Below, one piece after another: positions 20,848 to 29,694 of a stretch of DNA of 64,000 nt. Position numbers and translations under genes: made by a program. Each line of letters opens with the position of its first letter. Position 1 is the stretch's first letter. The notes beneath the pieces were generated by a model. It ran no database searches. It had not been told where the DNA came from and saw nothing but the letters and a program-made list of their open reading frames with translations. Source of the stretch: Vulcanimicrobiota bacterium (GTDB lineage: Bacteria; Vulcanimicrobiota; Vulcanimicrobiia; Vulcanimicrobiales; Vulcanimicrobiaceae); NCBI GenBank assembly GCA_963812155.1, contig CAWETW010000003.1:1120001-1184000 (forward strand). The letters are read 5' to 3'.

Positions 20848-21549
20848 ATGGCGCCGCTTGCCGTCGCACGATCCTTAGAATGGACGAACCCCGAGGGGGG
20901 ACGGCGCGAAGCCTTTGCGGCCTTAAAATCCGCGATCGGCGCGGAGTCGATTGCCGCCCCCCGTCAACTTCCGCCCGACGCCGTGATTCCGACTGCCATT
21001 CCGGAACTCGACCGGGCGTTGGGCGGCGGCCTTCCGCGCGGCGCGCTCGTAGCGTTTGAGGGAAACACCGGACGCTGGAGCATCGCCGCGCGACTGGCTG
21101 CGCAGGTGACGCAGCGGGCGCTGGTGGCGATCGTCGACGACGGTGCGCTCTATCCTCCGAGCTTGGTGCGCGCGGGAGTGCGGCTCGACCGCGTGCTTAT
21201 CGCGCCGGCCGCTACGCCGCGGGCAACGGCACGCGCGGTCGACATCGTGTTGCGAACGCGCGCCTGCCGGCTGGTGCTGGTGGCGGCACCGGAACTCCGC
21301 GCGGCAGTGTGGATGCGATTGGCGCGCCTTGCGCAGCGCGCCGGCGTGTTGCTCGTCGCAATCGCTCGCCGCGCGAGTGTCGCGCTGGCGGCGGCAACTG
21401 CATTACGTTTGGAATGTACGCTCGTACGGCCGCTCATCGACGGCGCACGCGGTCTGTGGTGCACGCTCGCCGGTTACGATGTGGAAGTGCAAGTGCGCAA
21501 ATATCACGGCCGTGCGGCCCACGAGCACATTCATGTTGCTGTGCGTTAG
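20848..21549 (+). CDS. imuA: ImuA-like RecA-fold protein
   Basis: IPTAIPELDRALGGGLPRG, degenerate P-loop, GVRLDRVLI; lies directly upstream of imuB. Confidence 0.8.
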   Translation: MAPLAVARSLEWTNPEGGRREAFAALKSAIGAESIAAPRQLPPDAVIPTAIPELDRALGGGLPRGALVAFEGNTGRWSIAARLAAQVTQRALVAIVDDGALYPPSLVRAGVRLDRVLIAPAATPRATARAVDIVLRTRACRLVLVAAPELRAAVWMRLARLAQRAGVLLVAIARRASVALAAATALRLECTLVRPLIDGARGLWCTLAGYDVEVQVRKYHGRAAHEHIHVAVR

Positions 21550-22798
21550 CGGCAGTTCGACGTCGCCGGCGGCATGGGAAGAGTTGCTCGATGCGCTCGA
21601 TGCCGTGTCGCCGCTGGTCGACGACGTGCGCCCCGGATTGGCATTTCTCGACATGCGCGGCGTCGCCGGAACGCCGGCACAATGGATGGCGCAGGCGCGG
21701 GGAATTGCCGAGCGCTTTGGATTGTCGCTGCGTTTGGGCGCCGGAACGAATAAAATCGTCGCGCGCGCGGCTGCGTCGCGGGCTGACGGCAGTGCGTGCG
21801 CTCCCGGCGACGAGCGCGCGCTGCTGGCGCCGCTCGAGTTGTCGCTGCTCGACGTCGATTCCGACGTGGTCGAACGCTTGCGGTTGTTGGGCGTCGCGCG
21901 GCTGGGCGATCTCGCGCGGCTGCCGCACGGCCCGTTCGTGCGGAGGTTCGGGCCCCAAGCGGCGCGTTGGCACGAGCTCGCCAACGGCATCGACCGCACG
22001 CCGTTCGTTCCGCGGGCGCAAGCTGCCGTTATCGAAGCGTCGGTGTTCGGCGAAGGCCGTGCCGAAGACGAAGCCCAGGTGATATTCGCGTTGCGCGTGC
22101 TGCTGATGCGCATCGCCGCCGACCTCGAACGTTGCGGAAAACGTGCCGGCGCGCTGAGCCTCGACGTGGAGCTGGACGACGCACAGACGCAACGTTTCGA
22201 AGTGCCGTTAGCGTCGCCGACCGCGCAAGAGCGGGCGATGCTCGACGTCGTACGCGCGAAACTGGAGGGTGTAACGTTTTTGGCGCCAATCGTTGGGTTG
22301 CGCGTGCGTGCGGCGGAGTTAGAAGAAGGCGGCGAAGCGCTGGGTTTGCTGACCGGCGACGATTTCGACCCCCAGGCCGTGGCGGTGACGATTGCGCGAA
22401 TCGAAGCTGCGCTGGGTGAAGCGGTGCGCCGCGCGCGCGTGCGTCCGGCGCACGTGTTGGAGGAGCGCTTCGCGTACGAACCGTTTGCCGTGCCGAAGCG
22501 CGCGCTCTTGCGCAACGACGATGCCGCGGTCGGCGTTGAAAGCGAGGTCGTGCCGCAACTGCGGTTGCTGGCAGTTACCGAGATTCCGGTGCGCGTGCGT
22601 CGCGGCGAGCCGGCATTCGTCGGCGATCCACCGCAAGCGGTGCGAGCGTGTGCCGGCCCGTGGCGTGTGGAGATGGAAGGCTGGCCGGGCACGAATGCCG
22701 TCGCGCGCGACGAGTACGACGTTCAACTCGCCGACGGCTCTCTCTACCGCATTTACCGGCAGGGAGCGCAGTGGTACGTTCGCGGAGAGTACGATTGA
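21533..22798 (+). CDS. imuB: ImuB-like inactive Y-family polymerase, N-terminally shortened
   Basis: SPLVD...AFLD, LG...LGDLARLP...RRFG and C-terminal GPWR...W...RDEYDV motifs. Confidence 0.8.
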   Translation: MLLCVSGSSTSPAAWEELLDALDAVSPLVDDVRPGLAFLDMRGVAGTPAQWMAQARGIAERFGLSLRLGAGTNKIVARAAASRADGSACAPGDERALLAPLELSLLDVDSDVVERLRLLGVARLGDLARLPHGPFVRRFGPQAARWHELANGIDRTPFVPRAQAAVIEASVFGEGRAEDEAQVIFALRVLLMRIAADLERCGKRAGALSLDVELDDAQTQRFEVPLASPTAQERAMLDVVRAKLEGVTFLAPIVGLRVRAAELEEGGEALGLLTGDDFDPQAVAVTIARIEAALGEAVRRARVRPAHVLEERFAYEPFAVPKRALLRNDDAAVGVESEVVPQLRLLAVTEIPVRVRRGEPAFVGDPPQAVRACAGPWRVEMEGWPGTNAVARDEYDVQLADGSLYRIYRQGAQWYVRGEYD

Positions 22799-22867
22799 GC
22801 CGGCTGATTCAAAAACACAATCGCTTGCACGAGAAACATCGCCGTCAACAGAAAGTACTACGTACCC

Positions 22868-23836
22868 GTGAAGGCTGCGGTTCGTTCGAAGTATGGCCTA
22901 GGCGAAGTTCTGAGCGTTCGAGAGATCGAAAAGCCGGTGCCGAAGGAGCATGAGCTCTTGATACGAGTTCATGCTGCCACGGTAAACAGAACCGATTGTC
23001 ACGTCCTCTCGGGCAAGCCGTTCCCTATGAGGTTGTTTACCGGGCTATTCAAACCGAGATCGGCCGTTATTGGAACCGATTTTGCCGGACAAGTGGAAGC
23101 GGTGGGATCGACCGTGCAGTCCTTTCATGTCGGGGATCGGGTCATGGGATTCGGCGGGATATTCGGGGCAGCGTCTCTTGCACAATATTTGGCACTCCCT
23201 GAAGCGAAGGCAATCAAGGGAACCGTAACGATTCCCGACGATCTCGACTATGACATCGCTGCAGCTTGCCCCGAAGGAACGTTTTACGCGGCAAGCGGGC
23301 TTAATCAGTTGAACCCTAAGGCTGGGCAGAAAGCGATGGTCTACGGAGCGACGGGCGCGATCGGCTCGGCCTACGTACAGTTGTTGAAATACTTCGGGGT
23401 TTACGTTACGGCCGTTTGTAGAGGCGAGAACGCTGCGCTCATACAGTCTTTGGGTGCAGATAGAGTTATCGACTATGAGAAAGAGGATTTCACAAAGGAT
23501 GACGATCGCTACGACTTTGTCTTTGACGCGATAGGGAAGAGCAGTTTCCTCAAATGCAAAGACCTCTTAAAAAGAGACGGGTTATATACATCGTCGGGCG
23601 GAGCGGAAAATGCGTTCTTCGCACTGGTTACGCCGTTGCTGGGTGGAAAACGAGTCCCGTTCATCCCGCCGAAGAACGTCGCTTCTACTTTAAGATTTAT
23701 TCTGGACTTGATCGAACGAGGGCACTTTAAGCCCTTGATAGACAGAAAGTACGCTTTGGACGACATAGCGGAAGCTTTCACCTACGTAGCATCCGGGCAG
23801 AAGCTCGGCAACGTGATCGTCACGATGGATTCTTGA
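22868..23836 (+). CDS. NAD(P)-dependent alcohol dehydrogenase/quinone reductase (MDR family)
   Basis: GTDFAG and GATGAIG motifs; visibly more AT-rich than the flanks. Confidence 0.9.
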   Translation: MKAAVRSKYGLGEVLSVREIEKPVPKEHELLIRVHAATVNRTDCHVLSGKPFPMRLFTGLFKPRSAVIGTDFAGQVEAVGSTVQSFHVGDRVMGFGGIFGAASLAQYLALPEAKAIKGTVTIPDDLDYDIAAACPEGTFYAASGLNQLNPKAGQKAMVYGATGAIGSAYVQLLKYFGVYVTAVCRGENAALIQSLGADRVIDYEKEDFTKDDDRYDFVFDAIGKSSFLKCKDLLKRDGLYTSSGGAENAFFALVTPLLGGKRVPFIPPKNVASTLRFILDLIERGHFKPLIDRKYALDDIAEAFTYVASGQKLGNVIVTMDS

Positions 23837-23859
23837 AGAAATATTCCGGTCGATTCCAA

Positions 23860-23977
23860 ATTTAGCAATCGTCGGCGATCGGCCGGCTCCAGCACCGGAT
23901 TGGTCGACCCGTACGACATTGCCGTAGACGCCGGCGGGAAGACCAACGGAAATGTCTATGGCATTGCGGTCCGCTAG
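23860..23977 (+). pseudogene. NHL-repeat gene fragment
   Basis: TGLVDPYDIAVDAGG...VYGIAVR* with no plausible start. Confidence 0.4.
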
Positions 23978-24050
23978 GCTCGGGCCAGCAGACCCCGCGT
24001 GACGCCTAATGATCGGCGGGACCCTCGGCGCCCAGGGTGCGTCGGCCAGT

Positions 24051-24767
24051 CTACCAGTGGCCTGCGCTTTGACCGCCATCTACATGGGAAATGTCCCCAG
24101 TTACGTATGGAGCGTTCTCCAGATACATCACGGCAGAGACGACGTCTTGGATCTCTCCAATTCGCCCAAGCGGAATCTGCGATTCGAGTCCCGCGTACGA
24201 TGCCTCCGGGTGCGTTCTGATGATTATAGGCGAGACCGCGTTTACCCGGATGCCACACGATGCATATTCGATCGCGAGGGCTTTTGTCACTGAGTTCAGG
24301 CCGCCCTTAGCCAACGATGCTAACGCCGCCGGAACGCCTTTGACAGGTTGTTCGGCTACCGTCGCCGTGATGTTGACGATATGACCCCGACCTTGGGGTT
24401 CCATCACACGCAGCGCCCGCTGCGTGATGTGGAAAAAGCCGCCGAGGTTCGTTGAGAGCATCAAGTCATAGTCCGCCAGAGTATACTGTGTGAATGGCTT
24501 AGAAATGTAGGCTCCTGCATTATTGACGAGTGTATCGAGCCGTCCGAAGCGATCAACGGCCTCGCTCATGATGCGTTCGGCGGTTTCAGGGTTGCTGATG
24601 TCGCCGGCAACGCTCAACACACTCGCGTCGGCGTTGTGATCGATCGAGAGTGCGCTGGCGACCACCTTGAACCCCGCATCACGGTATGCGGCGACTAGGC
24701 CCGCGCCGATACCATGCGAGGCCCCAGTAATTATCGCAACCTTTTCATCGATCACGCCAGCAGCCAT
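24051..24767 (-). CDS. SDR family oxidoreductase
   Basis: TGASHGIG, NNAG and IRVNAVSP motifs. Confidence 0.9.
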   Translation of the reverse strand: MAAGVIDEKVAIITGASHGIGAGLVAAYRDAGFKVVASALSIDHNADASVLSVAGDISNPETAERIMSEAVDRFGRLDTLVNNAGAYISKPFTQYTLADYDLMLSTNLGGFFHITQRALRVMEPQGRGHIVNITATVAEQPVKGVPAALASLAKGGLNSVTKALAIEYASCGIRVNAVSPIIIRTHPEASYAGLESQIPLGRIGEIQDVVSAVMYLENAPYVTGDISHVDGGQSAGHW

Positions 24768-24785
24768 CCGGATCGAGCACCAACC

Positions 24786-24944
24786 TCAGTTGACGGTGCT
24801 CTGTCCGACCTCAATGATATAACCGTCAGGATCGCGGATGTAGCAGCGAATCTCGCCGTACCTGGCAATCGGTTCTGTAAGGAACTCGGCTCTCCGGCTT
24901 TTCCATAACTCATAACAAATCCAATTCCGATAAGAAGTGCTCAT
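24786..24944 (-). pseudogene. 5'-truncated VOC/glyoxalase family remnant
   Basis: Manual translation CYELWKSRRAEFLTEPIARYGEIRCYIRDPDGYIIEVGQSTVN*. Confidence 0.65.
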
Positions 24945-24965
24945 CATCCGCTTAGCGGGAAACGT

Positions 24966-25949
24966 TTAGGGTTGGCTGATGACGGCTGCGAACGGCTTTG
25001 AAACGTTGTCGGTGACCGATCCGTAAAGCGTACCATCGGAAAGCGAATAGACTCGGACGACGTCCCCCGACCAATCGGGGACGACGACCTTATCGGCGCG
25101 GCGCCAAAATCCATACGTGTCGAGCGTATTTGCGAATGGAAGTTTGCCAACGACCGTGGCCACGGACCCCGAAACAAAGAATTTGTACGCAAATAATGTG
25201 TTCTCCTCACGGTCGCCGACTAGCAAAGTCGGATTGATCCATTGAATCGCGCGCGGGCTGTCGAGTTCGCCGCCGTTCACCGTGAGATTTATCAGTTCTT
25301 TGCCGCCGCTGGGAATCTCGACCAAGGGTCCGTTGCCATACCCGTAAGGATCCGTCGGGAGACCGTCAACGAAGAGGTTGCCATGATTGTCGAACGTGAG
25401 AAACTCGACTTGCATGAACCCCATGCCGTATTTCGTCCCGGTGTGCGACCTCGGATGATAAATCTTTACGTTGCCCTGCTCGTAATAGTGGGCGTTGGGG
25501 AACTGATTGGCGACGGCCAGGTCTCCGGTATTTGGATCGACGGCACAAGCGATCGGATCTGAACTCCCAACCTCGTGAATTGTAAAGATCGGTTTCGTGC
25601 CGCCGTGTGCGTACTCGTAGAGCTTGCGCGTTCCTTCGTCGACGAGCCACACGTCGCCGGCGCGGTCGGTGCACATGCCTTTCGGCCGGCTGAACCCGGT
25701 CAGCGTTCCCACGAGAATCAAGCCGGCACCGTCGAAATACGTGTATACGGTAACGCTGGCCGTTCCGTCGTTGGAAACATACAGCAGGCTGGACTGCTTT
25801 TTGGCGCCGGGCGTCATCCACGACGTCGCAGATGGCGATATCGGCCGATCCGCCGAGCCGACGAGTTGCGAACTGCCGCATCCGGCAACGATGGAGACCG
25901 CTGCCGACATGGCCGGCAGCGAAAAATAAAAACGCGCAGGTCGCTTCAT
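24966..25949 (-). CDS. Lipoprotein, beta-propeller-like (paralogue 3)
   Basis: AAGGAG RBS, lipobox VAGC, SWMTPGA...LLYVSN, ends PFAAVISQP. Confidence 0.85.
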   Translation of the reverse strand: MKRPARFYFSLPAMSAAVSIVAGCGSSQLVGSADRPISPSATSWMTPGAKKQSSLLYVSNDGTASVTVYTYFDGAGLILVGTLTGFSRPKGMCTDRAGDVWLVDEGTRKLYEYAHGGTKPIFTIHEVGSSDPIACAVDPNTGDLAVANQFPNAHYYEQGNVKIYHPRSHTGTKYGMGFMQVEFLTFDNHGNLFVDGLPTDPYGYGNGPLVEIPSGGKELINLTVNGGELDSPRAIQWINPTLLVGDREENTLFAYKFFVSGSVATVVGKLPFANTLDTYGFWRRADKVVVPDWSGDVVRVYSLSDGTLYGSVTDNVSKPFAAVISQP

Positions 25950-26003
25950 GAATGCTCCTTCGACGCCGGAGCGCGAAGTCTATGCCGCTCTTCGCCCTTC
26001 GCT

Positions 26004-26088
26004 CTTCGACTTCGCTCGCTTCGCGCAGAGTGACGCCGAGGGCACTGCGCTTAGAGTGACACAGAGGACACTGTGCTTAGGGTGACAC
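26004..26088 (+). repeat. Palindromic repeat with about 26-bp tandem right-end units
   Basis: CTTCGACTTCG...AGAGTGAC / CACTGCGCTTAGAGTGACAC / CACTGTGCTTAGGGTGACAC. Confidence 0.7.
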
Positions 26089-27291
26089 GCGGGCGGGCGT
26101 GAAGCGCTCGGACCAGCGGAAGCGGCCGGTGACCTGCATCACTACGAAGAGGGTTACGATCGCGCCGATGGTGATCGTGAGGCCGCTCCAGCCTTCGTTG
26201 AAAAGTGCGTACGAGAACAGAACGAGATAGACGAGTTGCGCAAAACCGCTCTCGACGGCGGCGAACCGCCAGCCGACGACCAGCCGCAGATACGAGATCG
26301 TCAAGAAGAGCGTGACCGCCGAGCAGATGGCGAACGCCGCCTCGACGGGGATGCGGTCGACGAGATACGCAAAGAGCAGATGGAACGCGAAGAACGAACA
26401 CGCCAAGAAGAAATAGTTCATTGGATGCAGTTCGATGCGACGCAGCGTGACGATCGTGAACATGACGAAGAAGTAGAAGAGCAGCGCAACCGGTGCCCAG
26501 AACGTGATGCGCTGGGCGAGCGGACCCGGCTGCATCGGGTACGGCACGGTCATGCCGATGCCGTTGGACGTCACGAGCGTACCGTAACGCCACCGCAGCA
26601 GCCAGCCTTTACCCTCAGGCCGTTCGCTGGGAGGCAGCAACGTCTGCGGCGGATAGTCGATTGCGGAAAAGTTCGTGGTCATCGTTAAGGCAAAATCGTT
26701 GACCGACTGCACGCCGTCTCCAAAACTGTACGTCCACGATTGCGTGCCGCGCGAAGTGTAGCCGACGGCGATCTCCGTTTGAGCGCCGGGGTTCAAAGCG
26801 AAAGCGAAGGTCCCGCGCGCCAACGCCGTTGCATCTCCGGCTCGGATGCCGCCGATCGTGCAGATGAAATTCGTGTACGTCCCGCCGTTGGAAGGGAAGG
26901 GAAAATGCAGCGTAAGCCGCGACGACGGCGTGTCGTTGCGAATGCGGTAGCGGGCGGCGAAGCGGACGTCGTAAAGATTGTACCAGAGCAGCCCCTTCCG
27001 GCGCTGCGTGAGATCGAGGGCGACGTCGACGCGGCTGGACCGGATTGGGACGACGTCGTCCTGATAACTGCGCTCGACGCGTTTCTTGTCGGTATTGTAG
27101 GTGTCGACGGCGACCCGCGCCGTGACTTGCGGCGCGGCCTGCGTCTGCGCGTCGCCCCACTGCGTCGTGAGTCTCGCGCTCTGCGATTGGTCTGAGGATT
27201 GCGTCCGCTGCACGAGCGTCGCGCCCAGAATCATCCAGGCAATGGCTGCGACCCAGAAAATCACGGCGAGTGCGGCAATGTGTTTGACCAT
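26077..27291 (-). CDS. CreD-like inner membrane protein
   Basis: N-terminal TM, periplasmic domain (RRKGLLWY..Y), LHPMNY, about 6 C-terminal TMs; GAGG RBS before ATG 27291. Confidence 0.75.
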   Translation of the reverse strand: MVKHIAALAVIFWVAAIAWMILGATLVQRTQSSDQSQSARLTTQWGDAQTQAAPQVTARVAVDTYNTDKKRVERSYQDDVVPIRSSRVDVALDLTQRRKGLLWYNLYDVRFAARYRIRNDTPSSRLTLHFPFPSNGGTYTNFICTIGGIRAGDATALARGTFAFALNPGAQTEIAVGYTSRGTQSWTYSFGDGVQSVNDFALTMTTNFSAIDYPPQTLLPPSERPEGKGWLLRWRYGTLVTSNGIGMTVPYPMQPGPLAQRITFWAPVALLFYFFVMFTIVTLRRIELHPMNYFFLACSFFAFHLLFAYLVDRIPVEAAFAICSAVTLFLTISYLRLVVGWRFAAVESGFAQLVYLVLFSYALFNEGWSGLTITIGAIVTLFVVMQVTGRFRWSERFTPARVSP

Positions 27292-27328
27292 GCGGCGAAC
27301 CTCACAAAGGATTTGGCGATGTTGAGTA

Positions 27329-27367
27329 ACTTTGCAATAGAGAGTTAATAACTTTGTACCACAAAGT
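27329..27367. promoter_or_regulatory. Tandem palindromic operator candidates
   Basis: ACTTTGTaccACAAAGT (27351-27367) and degenerate ACTTTGcaataGAGAGT (27329-27345), 22 bp apart. Confidence 0.6.
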
Positions 27368-27447
27368 ATATGGGCATGCAAGGGGTACCATTCGGCGTGC
27401 AAGAGGTCAGGGCGCCAGGCGGGAAGAGAGCGGGAAGCTCCAGGCCG

Positions 27448-27593
27448 CCCTTCGACTACGCATCGCTTAGCGATGCTGCGCTCAGGGTGACACCGGAGGC
27501 GCACCCGCGATCGACTGTGGATGACGCGGGGGCGCACGCGCGATCGACTGTGGATGACACCGGGGCGCACGCGCGATCGACTGTAGATGACAC
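27448..27593 (+). repeat. Palindromic repeat followed by three 33-bp tandem units
   Basis: CCCTTCGACTACGCATCGCTTAGCGATGCTGCGCTCAGGGTGACAC, then (GCGCACSCGCGATCGACTGTRGATGAC) x3. Confidence 0.8.
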
Positions 27594-27621
27594 TGCACTT
27601 ACTTTGAAGGAGAACGATTTC

Positions 27622-28830
27622 TTGAATGCACCGTTGTTTCGAGGGCTCGCGATAGCGGGCATTGCGTCGCTTGCCGCTTGCTCGGGCGGTTCGGGGTACT
27701 CGGCGCTCCCCTCCCAACCTCAAGCGGCGGCCCCGCTTGGCCAGTCGGCGTCGAACGTGCGGGCGGCGTGCCCAGAGTCCCCGCGTCCCGGTTACGCGCG
27801 CTGCTTCGCGCTCATCCGTACCGACATCGCACCGCGGCGCGGCATGCAGCCCGACGTGGGCGGGTATAAGCCGGCGGATCTTCAGGCAGCGTACAACCTT
27901 CCGTCGTCGACGAATGGGACGGGACAAGTCGTCGGCATCGTCGACGCGTTCGACGATCCTAACGCCGAGAGCGATCTGGCCGTGTATCGTTCGGAGTTCG
28001 GCCTGCCGGCGTGCACGACGGCCAACGGTTGCTTTACAAAGGTGAGCCAGAGCGGTTCGCGCACGAAGTTTCCAAAGGGGAATCCCAACTGGGCCGGTGA
28101 GATATCGCTCGATCTCGACATGGCGTCGGCGATTTGCCCGCTTTGCAAAATCATTCTCGTCGAAGCGAGCACGAATCGTTTGGTGAGCCTTGCGAAGTCG
28201 GTCGATCGCGCGGTCGCGATGGGTGCGACCGTCGTGAGCAACTCCTACGGCGGCACCGGCGGCGGCGGTTCGAATCCGGGCTACGACCATCCTGGAACGA
28301 TCATCACCGCGAGTTCCGGCGACAGCGGTTACGGCTATTCGTCGCCGTGCGACTACACGACCGTCGTGTGTATCGGCGGAACGTCGCTGAAAAAGGGCGG
28401 CGGTTCGCGCGGCTGGACCGAATCCGCGTGGGGAGGCGCCGGCAGCGGCTGCGCGGGCTTGGTGAACAAGCCGTCGTGGCAGACTGACGCCGGCTGCGCG
28501 CATCGCTCGGAGTCCGACGTGTCGGCGGTCGCCGACCCTAGCACCGGCGTGGCGTTCTACGACACGTATCCGAGCGGCGGCTGGGGCGTCATCGGCGGCA
28601 CCAGCGTTTCGTCGCCGATCATCGCATCGGTGTTTGCGCTCGCGGGCAACGCGGCGTCGCAGAACTACGCCGCGGGCATTTGGGCGGCCGGCGGTTCCTC
28701 TTCGCTCAACGACGTCACGACCGGCAACAACGGCTCGTGCCCGAAGAAATTCCCGTACATCTGTAAGGCGGGGCCGGGATACGATGGTCCGACGGGTTGG
28801 GGAACGCCCAACGGCGTCGGGGCGTTCTAA
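27622..28830 (+). CDS. S53 (sedolisin/kumamolisin-like) peptidase lipoprotein
   Basis: AAGGAG + TTG start, lipobox LAAC; EISLD, SSGDSG, GGTS and GYDGPTGWGTP motifs. Confidence 0.9.
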   Translation: MNAPLFRGLAIAGIASLAACSGGSGYSALPSQPQAAAPLGQSASNVRAACPESPRPGYARCFALIRTDIAPRRGMQPDVGGYKPADLQAAYNLPSSTNGTGQVVGIVDAFDDPNAESDLAVYRSEFGLPACTTANGCFTKVSQSGSRTKFPKGNPNWAGEISLDLDMASAICPLCKIILVEASTNRLVSLAKSVDRAVAMGATVVSNSYGGTGGGGSNPGYDHPGTIITASSGDSGYGYSSPCDYTTVVCIGGTSLKKGGGSRGWTESAWGGAGSGCAGLVNKPSWQTDAGCAHRSESDVSAVADPSTGVAFYDTYPSGGWGVIGGTSVSSPIIASVFALAGNAASQNYAAGIWAAGGSSSLNDVTTGNNGSCPKKFPYICKAGPGYDGPTGWGTPNGVGAF

Positions 28831-28852
28831 ACTCGAACGTCGACGGGAGCGC

Positions 28853-29383
28853 ATGAGTACCGATTCAATGAGCGTCGCCCTATCGGTGGCGACGCTCATC
28901 GTGGTTGGGGCAGCGTCGGTTGCGGCGATCGTCCAACTGCGGCATCTCCGCGCGAGCAATCAACTCAACGCGTTGCTCGAGATCATGAATCAGTGGAACG
29001 TTCCGATGGTTCAAGAGGCGTTGGCTGAGTTGATAAAGATGCCCGAAAAGATGAAGGATCCCCAGTACGTCGCGCTACTGCGAAACCCGAGCTCCATCGA
29101 CCGCAAGACGCACCTAGAGTTTTTGGCGCTCGATCTTTGGGAGCAGATCGGGACGTACTGCAAGCACGGGCTTATCGACGAGGCGATACTGCTCGATATT
29201 ACTTCGGGTCAAGTCGCGCGAGGCTGGAACTGTGCCCAAGCAGCGATTGCGATTCTCCGTGAAAGCATAGGGCTATCTTCGATGGAAAACTTCGAGTATC
29301 TCGCCGTCCGCGCGAAGCTGTGGGCGCAGAAGTATCCGTCTGGAACCTATCCGAAGCGGTTGCCGCGAATGAGTGATATGTAG
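28853..29383 (+). CDS. Hypothetical protein with N-terminal TM (DUF4760-like)
   Basis: GGAG RBS; AAIVQLRHLR..NQ, WEQIG...K.G.ID and ENFEYL motifs. Confidence 0.7.
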   Translation: MSTDSMSVALSVATLIVVGAASVAAIVQLRHLRASNQLNALLEIMNQWNVPMVQEALAELIKMPEKMKDPQYVALLRNPSSIDRKTHLEFLALDLWEQIGTYCKHGLIDEAILLDITSGQVARGWNCAQAAIAILRESIGLSSMENFEYLAVRAKLWAQKYPSGTYPKRLPRMSDM

Positions 29384-29448
29384 GCACCCCTTCGACTGCG
29401 CGTGCTGCGGCACGTTCATCGGAGTTTGCAGTAGGGTAAGAGGAGCTC

Positions 29449-29634
29449 ATGAGTGATAGACTTTCCAACGAACACGACCATGACGTCTCGAAGAAGGCAA
29501 CGCCGGAGCATGAGGCGCCGGACGGCGGCGTGGTGGGTCCAAGCGAGAAGACCGGTGGAGCGCCGGCGCCGAACGTGATTCCCAGCAACGAGGGTGGGAC
29601 GGCGGATACGGTTCACGATCACACGCACCACTAA
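29449..29634 (+). CDS. Small hydrophilic acidic protein (61 aa)
   Basis: Strong AGAGGAG RBS; disordered composition. Confidence 0.7.
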   Translation: MSDRLSNEHDHDVSKKATPEHEAPDGGVVGPSEKTGGAPAPNVIPSNEGGTADTVHDHTHH

Positions 29635-29694
29635 GGACTGCGGCCGCGGCGGAGGATGCACGGGCGGGGAGCGTCACATAGTAGCGTCGTGACG

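Noticed and set aside
27495..27593. 33-bp (and 26-bp) repeats as a CRISPR array
   Set aside because: The units are contiguous with no unique spacers, and there are no cas genes.
26077..28959. 960-aa ORF as a single fusion protein
   Set aside because: The upstream 556 codons are antisense to the S53 peptidase and repeat region; the real CreD-like start is ATG 27291 with an RBS.
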